From assembly GCF_037042905.1 (NCBI RefSeq), contig NC_087251.1, forward strand, positions 6,946,001 through 7,010,000: a stretch of DNA of 64,000 nucleotides, in the 5' to 3' direction. The DNA comes from Lytechinus pictus. Its lineage: Eukaryota. The translations under genes and the position numbers were made by a program. Under the pieces are notes generated by a model. The model made no database searches and had not been told where the DNA came from. It saw only the letters and a list, made by a program, of their open reading frames with translations. Of this stretch, positions 23,785 through 36,722 are shown one piece after another; the stretch's first letter is position 1, and every line of letters starts with the position of its first letter.

Positions 23785-26379
23785 TGATGCATCAATTAAG
23801 ATTATTTGTAAAGGAAGATTGTCAAGAGGATTGTTGCAACATCAGTTGAGAAGGTTGAAAAGGTTCAGTCTCACTTTGACAGTTGTTCCACCAAGACTAT
23901 GCCTGGCTCTAATGGACCTCCAGTGAAGGAAGCTAAGAAATCTCAGTAGTGACAAATGTTTCCCCAGAACAGACGGATATTTCCTTCTAGGTTGAGAGCT
24001 CAACATTCTGAAGTGGATCTGATGCTTGATTTATCCTTAATTAATGGGTTATCAGGGATACTGGGTAAATGTTGCTTTAACTCAACCAACTGATTTTTTT
24101 TCTGATCCCATACAGCCAAAATATATATATAAAAAATATTGTCCAGAGATGCATGAACAAACTCACAACTAGCTAGGTACTCACATCATTATGAGTCCTG
24201 GATATGAATTTCACAAGCTTGTCCACGTAACTATGTACAGAAAAAAAATTATGTTGCATTAACATCGAAGATTTGCTTTGATCAGCAGCTATTTGCAGTT
24301 ACAAAACAAATAAAACGTCTGCCTTTGCAACATTTTGGTTGCATTGAATCCTGATGACTTCATACACACAATTTTGCTGAGGTTTGTCTAAACAAGCCCA
24401 AAGGCTTAATACAGGGATCATCTCTGTCCTATATAGTCAGTTTGTTCCAAGTATATATGTGCAGGAGGAAATCGTGTCTGCAGCTTAAGTGAACTACATG
24501 TATGCCAATGTCTAATCAGTTTTGACAAAAAATAACTTTCTATTGAAGTATGTATCATAAACTTTAATTTGAACAAAAAGAACAGCTATGTCATTGACCG
24601 TGCCTGCATTATGCCATTAGCAGATCCTTGACTTTGTGACAAATGATTTTTAATTTTATTATCCTTAACCGAGTTTTAATTTCATTGCAATCTGCAATTA
24701 TTTCTTTTAAAGTATGTTTAAAATGACATTTGAATTCAAAGTTAGACCTGGAAGACACCACGCCTGATTTATGATATAAATTTCAAGGAATTGGAAAGAA
24801 GTGAAAATAATTAAAGTTGGTGTAGTATTAATTGTAATTGGCAAGACCCAAATGTACAAATGTTTTAACCTCAAATGACCTTTGAATTTAAATAAGGATC
24901 AGCAATTTTTGTCACATTATATCAGTGATACTTTATTATAGTCACCTCTTGTTCACACTACACATCATAGGAACTCAAAATGTTAAAGATTCAACATTTT
25001 AAGTTAAACTGTAAGGTTATTTATGTTGATAATCCTACACCCAATTTTCATGGAATAGTTTTTTTTTTAATAATCCGATTTGTTGAAGTTTTGCTGCTGC
25101 TTAGCACTTACGTCTTGCTTATGAAGGGGAGACAAAATTTGTAATTTGAAAGATGGGTTATGATTACATAGATCCAAAATTGCAAAAATGACTGTATGGA
25201 GAACTTAAATTGCCAATGTACTCCTGCCCATAAGACTGATCTAAAAGAAACTTCATTTGCCTCTTTTCATACCTTTAAATAAAAATCTTGAACACCATTA
25301 CATAAAATTATATTCTTTGTATTTATTTATTACTGTGTATACAGTATGTCTTTGTATTCTGCCACGAGCTTTTGCTTTCAGGGACCTATGCCTTCTATAA
25401 ACATAATTTGGATGTATTTATATTTATGATGAATTGATTTTGTATTCATTTATGTTTACAAAAATTTGCGAAATGGAAAAAAATAAATGTTAGTGTGAAA
25501 TTAAAAAATAAATGGCCAATTATTTATTCTTTATAAGAAGCTGGACATGCAGTAAATAATAAGTTATATAGAGTATTTGTGAATTAAGCTCCAAAATCAC
25601 TATGGCATTTCATTTATTGCATGTTGGTAAATTTAAGTTTATATCATCTTTGTGATTTTATTCCTTGTCCATTTTGGTGAAATATTCAATTTGTCTGCTG
25701 CTGTTAGATAGTCCAGGGTTTTAGATATTCTCATTTAAAGAAAGACATCGTGACCGTTGATCCATCAAAACTCCATCGTGGAGCTCTAATTTACATGCAT
25801 TACAGTTCTAAAAAGTTTTTACTGCATTTCAGTGCATGATTTTGAATTTTATTATTCAGGTAAATCCACCTCTCATATAGTAGTGTTATAATAAACTTCT
25901 GTGACTGAAAGTATTTTAATGTATACACACAGTCAAACTGTCAAAGTAATGTTTGGGTCCTTGTGGCCATTAAAATTGCCATGTATTACATACAAGTAAT
26001 TTCAGTTGTGAGAATTGAGATATAAACTGAAGCTGAAAACAAATATTTTAAATCAGGGCAGAAAGACAAATACAAAGGGCTGGGACCTGGGGAGCAATTC
26101 ATGAAGTTTCCAGTGAGATTTGTACTTCTATAAAATAATAATATTCTCACATATGACTGGCTGGGACTAAGCTTCTCAAAGAAAATCTTTCTTTTTTTTT
26201 TAAATAAAACTTGTCCAGGAATATTATCTACCAGGATTATCAGATCTTTATAAACAAAGTTTCATGAGGCCCTAATTAGTTTCAATTTCTCATCAAGCTC
26301 AAGTCCTTTGATTTAATGATTTTGGGACTCGTCGTTGAATGTAAGTTTCCTGCAGTGCCCAATTGTCTTCCTACAGTAT

Positions 26380-26892
26380 ACAAATAGCGAATAGGCATGA
26401 GTGCGATGGTGCGAGATTTCGCATGAGGTGAAAGAAAGATGCTCTATTCAACGAGGCGTTAGCCGAGTTGAATAGAGTGTTTTCTTTCACCGAATGCGAA
26501 ATCTCGCACCATTGCACGAATAAGAATATTCGCTATTTGTGTTGTACAACGCCTCGGAGTTTAGCGAATTTATGAAAAAACAATGAGTTTTTCCTGCAGT
26601 AATCTATGAAAAGGGAGCAAAAATATGGAAAGCGAAAAGCAAAATCCCACAAGCGAACACCTCGGGCATGCGGCAGCATTGCGCATTTAGCCAGCAGGCT
26701 ATACGCGTATTGCACCTGCATTTTCACCGAGCGCAATGAATTGAATCGTATTGTGACGTCACTTCCTAAAGCCGTGCAACGGTACATTTTGGATGGTACG
26801 TCGTGTGTGCAACGCAGTGCAACGGTACGAATGTTTGACATTCAGCCTCCCATTTGCTCGCGTACAACAAGCTAAGTAGGCGTTGTACAATA
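26380..26892. mobile_element. Double-foldback non-autonomous element
   Basis: Inverted pair 1 spans 26380-26540 (CAAATAGCGAATA...TATTCGCTATTTG). Pair 2 is TTGTACAACGCCT (26542) / AGGCGTTGTACAA (26890). Confidence 0.6.
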
Positions 26893-27789
26893 CCATATAA
26901 CATACAAGTTCTCATTGAGATGGTACTGTCATGTATAATATAATATTATCACATGATTGTTTAAGACTTTATTTGGTGCAGAAATTTAATTGCATAGATT
27001 TCCTCTTGTCTGGTAGTTCACCCTGATGTTAATTTCCTGGTTACAATTAATTTGTTGAAACAGGGGAGTCAGAGAAACAATTCAATGATTGTAATATTAA
27101 AGCCTGAAGGCCCATATTCACATAATAAATCTAAATGAGGGAAAACAAATCCCTATTTTTTTTGAAGGGCTCACAAATAAACTTACAAATTGCACAAGTG
27201 CGCACAAACAACTTTTATGAAATTGGAACATACAGTGTGCATGTGTGCTTTTAGCACCTTGGTGGGGTTTAAGCCTCATGTGAATTTGAATCATTACAAG
27301 ATCATATTTTCAGAAATCAAGGATTCTTCCCTTCCACACAATTCATCACTAAACAGGGTCGTGTTCTAATGAATCTTATCAATAAATTGAAAATTTCATA
27401 TGAAAATTTTTCCACCAGCCAATCAAATGCTACCATTTCAGTGACTGTCATCAGTTACCTTAATTCTATGAAATAGGACCATCAATGACTAAATGATACT
27501 GAATCTCTTTTAAAAGTAGAAGGGAAAGTACACCAAGGTCAATGGTTCGTACCAATTAAAAAAACCCCAACAAAACAAAAGAACACCACCATTCACTACA
27601 ACATCTGATCAAGATGAGCATTAAATATTTAATTTTCATTACAATTCAATGTACTATCATCCTTTTAAAGAGAGTAATTATCTACAGATATGAAGTTAAG
27701 AATTTCCCCAGGACAATTCATCCCCCATAATAACTTAGTTCAGTAATGGCACACTGCTGTTATCATCCAACTTGTAAGGCCTGTCTTAA

Positions 27790-28255
27790 AGGGGAAGTTC
27801 ACCCTGACAAAAAGTTTATTGTAAAAATAGCAGAAAAATATTGCCGAAGGTTTGAGAAAAATCCATCAAAGAATATAAAAGTAATTAGAATTTTAATCAT
27901 TTGTTTTGTGACGTCATATGCGTGTAGCTTTCCTCCATATAGTAAGGTAAAAAATCAATGAAATGGGAATTTCTCAGACAATGAAAAGTGGTTTTTACTG
28001 TACCTTCAGTATATCAATAGACAAATCATTTCACACTGGTTTCTAAGAAGAAAACATCAATAAGTCATCGTGAACCAATAAAAAATTGAAATCTATGCAT
28101 TTATATTACGTAACATATGGGGCAGCTGCTTGTTTATGACGTCACAAATCCAAAACTTTAAATTCTAATAACTTTCTTAATCTTTAGTGGATTAATATTA
28201 TTTATTATTTTTTCTGCTATTTTACAACAAACTTTTCTTCAGGGTGAACTTCCCT
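27790..28255. mobile_element. TTAA-flanked MITE (Kolobok-like)
   Basis: TTAA|AGGGGAAGTTCACCCTGA ... TCAGGGTGAACTTCCCT|TTAA. Related ends form the foldback at 34588-34720 and a partial copy ends near 54372. Confidence 0.75.
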
Positions 28256-28960
28256 TTAAGCTGTGATAAAGGGTCAATAATGTTAATTATAATCAAGTAT
28301 CATTTAAAGTTTCAGTCTTACAAAAGTTTAGTGGTGATACGTAATACAATTTTAATGACTTGTCACTCCTGTGGAGCATGGCACAATGCTAATACATTGG
28401 ATAATGGTGGTCAAGTATCTTACAATTGAATTTACATTACATGTATTTTCTTTCTTATTAATTGTCTGATTTTCTGCTCTTATGAAAGTTACAGATTCAA
28501 GAATTATAAGACAACAGATTGAATAGTTTTAAGCATTTTTTACATTCGTTGGGTACGTTTGAGGACTGCAGACTCTCAAAATACTTGATGCCAAAATAAT
28601 GATAAATCTATTCATCATGAGATTATATTTGCTTTTTGTATGGCTCAGTGGGTTCTAAACTTGAATATGACAAAAATAAACACCAGTATAACGTGCATAC
28701 AGTGACCATCTCCTAGTCATTTTATGTAGTAAATTGTCCATTATATTTCTTACAATTCCATTATATTAATTGTTCCTCCATCATATGCATTTGATTTCAT
28801 TTTGAGCTTCAATGGATGACATGACTGCTGTTCATCACCAAACTATCTCTCTATACTTGCCAGTCTTGAATAAAGTCACCTTCATGATTTGGGCTAAAAA
28901 CCAAACTGAAAATATCCATGTCCTCCGCCGACAATAAAGCAAAAACTTGGGTGGAATCCC

Positions 28961-31900
28961 CTAGAATATCATGGTTCCTTCTCGAACGAATTTGCTTTCG
29001 AATTTCCTAGGTTTTTCCTCTTTCCATTCTAGAGGTAGCTCTTTATCCCAAGGCTCTTCATCTACATCTGTTCTTGTTTCCTTGTTCTTTGGTGATGCTA
29101 CTACAATAGGGAGGCATCCACGCTCTGGACGCATCTCAACAACATGAAGGCCTTTCCTGTCTGCTATCTGCTGATGGGTCTCCTTTACAGGGGAATAAAA
29201 AGAGAGGATGGATTGATTGAATAAGGAGTTGAGTCTAACCTTATCATGAATTTGGTTCTGAAAGAGGCATAAATATCAAGAAGAAGGTGAAAAGAAGTTT
29301 GGTATGGACAGGACAATAAATGAGAACATTGCAAATCTTTTGAAATAATGAGTAGACAATGATAATGTAGTACACAAGGTAGAATCATAGAATTCATCCT
29401 AACACAAGTCATCACTGGTACAAAAGCAGTAATGACCCTACACCCACATTCATTTTGTATTCTAAGTTTCATTGGAAAATTATACTTATATTTTATGGTG
29501 CTGTATTCTTTTAAAAAATATCCACATGATTCAGATAGGTACATAGAGGTGTGGCTACATTTCAGGCATTCAAAAAAATATAAAATGTGAGGGGGTAACA
29601 TGAATTATATGGAAACAATGCTTGGAATCGTTAAATTCAGATTCTTTCCTCAGAATTCAGAATGGTTTTGAGGTTTACAATAATGTATATCAATAATAAT
29701 ACATACCTGGTTAATTAAACCATTAATAGCAGCTCTAGTTAGATTAATAGGATTAGTAGAACCATACACTCTGGCATAAAGATCCTTAATTCCAGCTAAT
29801 CTACAGATCTCCTTGATAACACGATGACACCTCAACCCATATCCTGAACGAAAAAAAATACATGAAATGGAAACTAAGAAAACATTAAACTTTTTTTCAC
29901 AACACACAAAGAAAACTTGATGAACATAGATGAACTTTAATGATCAAAATGGAAATTCAATATTTACCAAGCCAACATAACAATTTTCCTGAAATTTGTT
30001 AATATTCCTTTTTTCTTCTTCAAAATCCTGTTCAATTTTTCTAACATTAAGAAATAAACTTCATCAATTCGACAACCAATTTTGATAGTACCAATGACAC
30101 TGTTATCTTGATTTTCTTTTGCAATTTACTTTACTACACTTACTTGTAAATCTAATTATTGATGTGCTCTACATTCTAAACTGTTTTATATAAGAAATTG
30201 ACTGTTAAAAGTGATGAAGGAGAAATTCCCTGTTTCAGTTGATTTTTTTCTTTAATCTATAGATGCAAACATATAAAGGTGCACTAAACTTGAATTATTC
30301 TCTTGTAAAAAAGTGACATACCTTTGTTCTGCTTCCTCATTCGAATTCTGGTAACTTCAAAATTTGTCTCTATATCATGATAGACTGGAAAGAAAAGAAC
30401 AAACAAGCATTCATTAAAGTGATGAAGATATTATATTTATTGGTGCAGAAGTTCATGAGTGACTTTGACTTAGCGCTTGATGCCTTTTTTATTCAAAATA
30501 AGATAACCAGCATCCTGCCAAAGGTAAACATGTACTTCATACATGATTTTGTGAACGAGATGGGTTGCTCATAGGATAGGGGTGATCAACAGAAATATTG
30601 ACGAAGCAAGTGGAGTTGATTAGGAAAATTGGGTTGAGGATGGAAGGGGCACAGAATAAGGCAATAGGGAGGAAGTGAGAGGTAAAGCAAACCACCACCC
30701 ATGTTTATATAAAAAAAAAAAACCTCAAAGATTAAAAACTTTGGATTTACTACTGCCGCCACTACTGACCAGAATCATTATAAACAAGTTATGGTAACAG
30801 ATGGAAAATTGGTTAGGTCAAGTCATTCATTAGTGTGTTGTTTTCAAGGGCTCCTATGTCTACATTAAAAACTGACATCAGGTGATGTTAATTAACAAAA
30901 CACTCCCAGCTAGCTTTCTTGATCTGAAAATAGTTGGCTATGATCAACCTAAATCTTTGATTTTTTTGTTGTAAGAAATGTATGTGTTGGATTCTGTCCT
31001 TTGGTGTGGTGTAATGCACCATTCGTATATGAACCCATACTAGCAAATTGACTGCTGACTAAAACCGATGCTTATTTAAGTTTTAGGTTGAATATAGGAA
31101 CCTTTTCATAGAATAACAACAATGTACATTATGCCACTCATTCTGGTAGGCTAAAAAGTAAGTTATCATGGATAATTGAAAAGTATGCTGTAAATGAGTA
31201 TGGTTTTAAAATTGTGATAACTCTTCACATGATCATCACATTGTCTCTGAAAGTTAAAAGAAACAACAGCAACACGTAACAAATTTATCTCTCTATACTT
31301 ACTTGTGTGGTTATCATGTCGTTCAATGTAGTGTAGATTTGTTGCAGCTTTGTTTTTAGCCTTCCTCAGAGCAGCTATCACACCAGGTGCCTTACCAAGG
31401 GCATAACCTGTAAAAAAAAATACAAAAAGCAACCTTCTTGCAATTTTCAATATAATCAAACACGATGTCTACCAGCGCTTCTAACCATGTGTAAATAAAA
31501 CTTTGTTAATGTCATTCATATACTATGGATCTAAGCTCCTGAACTTCTGCAGCATAATGTGAATATCTTCTAAAATGTGAGACAACTCTGAAAAACCTAG
31601 TGGTTGTGATTGTCAATAGGAAGTATATAGGATACATTCATGACTTTGATCACTGAACTAGCCAGTGGGCATTTCAAAAAGCATTCGGAAGCCATCTTAT
31701 ACCAATAACCAATAAATACCGGTACTTACTATCTCTTTCATGTACATGAATGATCCTTGAGAATTTGATAAGATGCAAACAATTCTTACCTATTGCTCCA
31801 TTTCCATTGCCAACAACAACCAGAGCTGACATTGACCTCTTTCTACCAACTGAACCTGTCATATTGAATACTCTCCTCACATGGATCACACGAGAATCAA

Positions 31901-34900
31901 AGCCTTCAAAATTCTCTGCAATACAAGTAAGCAAGTATTAAATATTTCAAATCATTTTCTTTCCTTACATGACATGAGACATGTGGGGTTAAGTTGTAGA
32001 TCAAACAATGACAAAATATTTTAATCTATTTTGTTTTTGTCATCGGCTTTAATATCACTTTTCTCAATAAAACTGTGAGGTGAGCCTAGAAATCATTTTT
32101 AAGAAAAAAAAAATACAAGAGTCAATGTGGATCTTGAGGTTAAGAGGGTTGAGGTGCACTGGTCTAGATGAAGATTTCAATTTCTTCCCATGGACTGTTA
32201 GTAAAATAAGTTGAGTAATGATGAAGTGGATCCAAATTATTGGCTATGCACACATTCTGCTGAGTATGTAAATTTTAATCAGACCACTGATGAGTGGTAA
32301 TTTAATAGTAAAGTACTATAGTAAATCATTGGTTTGAGATGAGCATAATAACCAAATAAATACAGATTCACAACACAATCTTATTTAAAAAAATCTAACT
32401 TATTTTACTTAGGCATCAGTATAATATTACCCAGTTTTGGAACATTTGAAACGATCCAAATAAACTTGACTATGCCCCAAGCATTTTAGAACTGTATCAA
32501 AGGTACCACAAGCATGTAATTCTCACTTATGTCCTCTTGATGATGTGCATTATTTGTGTAACATCATTACATGTACATACATACCTCCTGGGATAGGGTC
32601 AGGAGATCCTAATGTTCGTCCACCCCAGCTCTTGGAAGTCCAACCTCTTTCTTCTGGTGGTACACTACGTTTCTTTTTCTTGTCCCATTGCTCTCTGATC
32701 AGACGTAATCGTTCTTCCTTCTCTGGATCAGGTTGTTTCTTCTTGATTGTTAAGACTTCTTTTCCTTGAACTATAGGTGCATTCAAACCTGGCCAAGCAA
32801 TCTGAGCTCTTCCTGCATTTGCCGATTTGCAGAACAGCACAATTTTTTATTGAAATTTATACATTTTTACAAAATTAAAAAATACTCCAAAATCAATTTG
32901 AGACAAACCATGTTTGATAAAAAAGAAACAGTTTTCACACTGACAAATAACAATTGAAGATTTCCATTGAGGAGGAAGTGCCTTGTGCACACTACAATTG
33001 TAATACTATTATGTCAGTCCTTATTAGATAACTTGTTGACATTGATTTTGAAGTTGATATTTTCACCAATGTTGCACTACAAAAGCAAATCTTAGTAAAT
33101 ATAACACCACACCTGAAATGTCATCTTATAAAGTATCCATGAGAAAGCAAACACTAGAAAAATTTAGCAAAAGATTAAATAAAACATGAAAATTTGATCT
33201 TATACAGTATTCTAAAAAAAAAACAAATACGTACCCTCTCCAAATATTTGTCCTTTGTTAAGATCCTTCTTCATTCGTTTTGCAGGTCTCTTGCCTCTTG
33301 CCTTCCTTGCTGCTTTACCAGTAGTTGCTAACATTCCTTTCCATAGCTGATCAGCAGTTACTAAAATAAATCAAACAAAGTAAATTACTTCTAAACACTG
33401 TTGACTTATCCATATTCAAGTCAAGCAATTTCAGATATGTATCGCCACAACATACAGCTAAACCAAGATGAGATTAATCATGAAAGCATAAAGAACTTAC
33501 AAGTATTGTACCAGCTTGTGTATCTCTTCTGGATCATGAAATGCTGTGGGGCATCTAACATTTGATCACCTCTTGGTTGACATTGTGATGATGAAAGCAA
33601 TCTGATCTGGCTGGTTACATTAGGACTTATCACTAATCCTAGAAGTAGATAGGAAAATGCATCAAATAATATGGGCATGAAGACATTGGACAAATGAAAC
33701 CCAGGACTTATTACATACAGTGTAAGAAATCATTAGAAAAATAATAACATTCAAATTTTCAACTTAGTGAAAATAAATATTGGCAGCACATCATATGCAC
33801 AACATCATCATTCAATTCATTTGACAATGTATTTTGTAACTTGGCCTTAATATTTATTTTCTTCTATCAAATAGATGTGATATACCAAATTGTGTAGGTC
33901 TAAGCAGATTGTAAATCAGGACTAGATGGCAATTTCACCCGGGGGGGCCACTTACATTGACGAGTGGATACCATGCGTGACCCAAAAAACACGTAAAAAG
34001 GATGTCTTTTTCAAGATAGGGCACGTAACGTGATAAGGGTGTCAAAAACACAAAAATAATGAAAAAAGGGTATCTATTTTGCTATGAAAGGTATGTGTTT
34101 AAGGTCAAATTTTCGGGGATGATAAAACAAAATTAAAATGTTTTATAAAGGATGTCCTTTTTGCCCCAACACTACATGTTTAGGGTCCGATTTGCACGAG
34201 GTGTGGAAGGTGGAGCCGTAGGCCTACTAAACCAAATGGTGTGTAAAGGTACAACCGACGGACCCGTGACATAACAATGAAATATCGCTGTACTTGTTTA
34301 GGGGTTCATTTCAGGGAATACTTGCCAAGAGTATCATTTTGTTTCCAATACTTGATAAGGGTAGGGTTTCAGACGCCAATACTTGTTAAGGGGTGCATTT
34401 TCAGAATATGAAAAATACGTGTTTAGGGTGCTTTTTGAGACCCCATGGTCGCGCATGGTATCCACTCATCAATGGAAGTGGCCCACCCAGGCAATTTCAT
34501 GAAGGAACAAATGATCACAATCTCCTTTTGATTGATAGATCTTCTAAAAAACAAACTGATAGAAAGGAGTCTTATTTTTATACTTAGAAGAGGAAGTTCA
34601 TCCTGATGATCAAGGTGTTTATATTGAAAGGAGAAAATATTAGAAATAAATTATTAATGTATTTCTAATATATTTTACTTTCAATATAAACACCTTGATC
34701 ATCAGGATGAACTTCCCCTTTTAAGGGGAAGTTTTGTCACGTTCAATTTTGACACGAGAACGAATGAGACAGAACTTTTCCTTTTTTTGAGGGTCCAGAT
34801 CCAGTTTGTGCCTTGAAGTCAGGATTCTGTGTCCTGATAGACCTTCATCCATAAGTGCATAATTTATTTTTTCCCCTTTTATTTGGAGTGCTATTGCGAC

Positions 34901-36680
34901 CCCATTCTACCCCATTTTGGAGTGTATGTCTGCCTCGTATTGCACGGATGAGTCCTGGGCTCCGGCCCACTTTGCGGGCCCGAGCTCCCTGGGTTACAAC
35001 ACAATCGCGGGCCGTCGGTGTACGAGGAGAAATAAAAAAAAAATGTTAAAAAACTCCTTGAAACAGACGGCTGCCAGTTGTCTTTGTATAGATTCATTGC
35101 CATTCCTATTTCACATTTTTTCTTGATTTTCGAGAAGCTTTCGATACGGTAACCCATCAGTTTCTATTTTAAATATTATACAAACTTAAATTTAAAGAAT
35201 CTTTTATTACATGGATTAAGGTCCTCTATGCAAATGTGGGAGGGAGTGTCATGAGTAATGGTTGGATTTAGAAAAAAATTGAAATAAAAAGAGGAATTAG
35301 ACAGGGTTGCCCTCTGTCAGCTTTATTGTTTATTCTTGTTGTTGAAATTATGGCATTAAAAATAAAGCAGAATATTGATATCAGTGGTATCACTGTAGTA
35401 TCTACTGAAACTGGTATTTCAAAAGAATTTAAGATATATCTCAACTTGCAGGTGACACTGTTCTCTTTTTAAATAACATTCAATCTGCCAACTTATGTCT
35501 TGAAGAAGTAAAACTTTTTGGTTTCTTTGCTGGGCCAAGCCTAAATGTGATGAAAACAAATGATGTCACTATGCAACAACAACATGCATTCATTGAAGGT
35601 ATTAAATGAAATGATGAACCTGTCAAGTACTTAGGAATGTATCTAACAAGTGATAAAAAAGAGTCTGAACGACTGAACTGGTTTAAGAAACTTCAAAAAA
35701 TTAAATCAATTTTAAGTTTTTGGAAAATGAGAAATTTAACTTACTATGGTAAAGTTTTGATTCTTAAATCATTAGTAATTTCTCAATTTGTTTACGTTGC
35801 CTCTGTATTACCCATCCCCCAGAAACTAGTTGTTGATCTCAATAAACTGATGTATAATTTTTTATGGAATTCAAAACAAGAAAAAGTCAAGAGAGCAGCA
35901 GTCTTGATTAATGATATTATAAGGGGAGGACTGAGAATGATAGATTTGAAATCTAAATTCCAATCCTTACATTTATCATGGTTGAGTAGATTCTTTGAAA
36001 ATGATAATGATGTACCGTGGAAGTTTATGTTTAGATATTGGATTGAAAAAATATGTCCTTTTTTATTACTTTTGAAAACAAATTGTTTCAGTAAAGATAT
36101 GTTGAAGTTGTGCGTAAAACAAAAGGTACCCGACTTTTATATAGACTGTCTCATAACTTGGAGTGAACTGAAATATATTCAGTTTCCAGATATTGTAAAT
36201 GTTAAAAATCAAGTTTTGTGGTACAATAGTAATATCACACATGATAGAAAACCTTTATTTTTTTAAAAATGGTTTGAAAAAGGCATTATAACAATTAATG
36301 ACATTGTAGAAAATGGACGATTTCAGCCAAGAGAACATATTTGTCGAGTGCTTGGCTCAAATTCTTTGTTGATTGACTTTATGTATTCGAAACTGAAAAA
36401 TGCGATACCAAAAACTTGGATCGAAAGAATTCTAGACATAAGCAGAGATGCCAACCTAAAGGGATGGTTGTCAGGAACATTTAACATATTTGTCAGGAAC
36501 AAATGGGAGTTTCTCAGGAACATCCCGCGAAGTAGCATCGTTTATACAGGGATGCCACTAGGTGTCCTCCAAAAATACTGAAACTCATCTCGGGCCGAGA
36601 CAGTGTCCAAGAAAAAAAAATTTAGGGGGGTCCACCTTTAATTTTGGGATGGACACATGTCACAGGTAAAAAATTGGACA

Positions 36681-36722
<42 letters not shown>

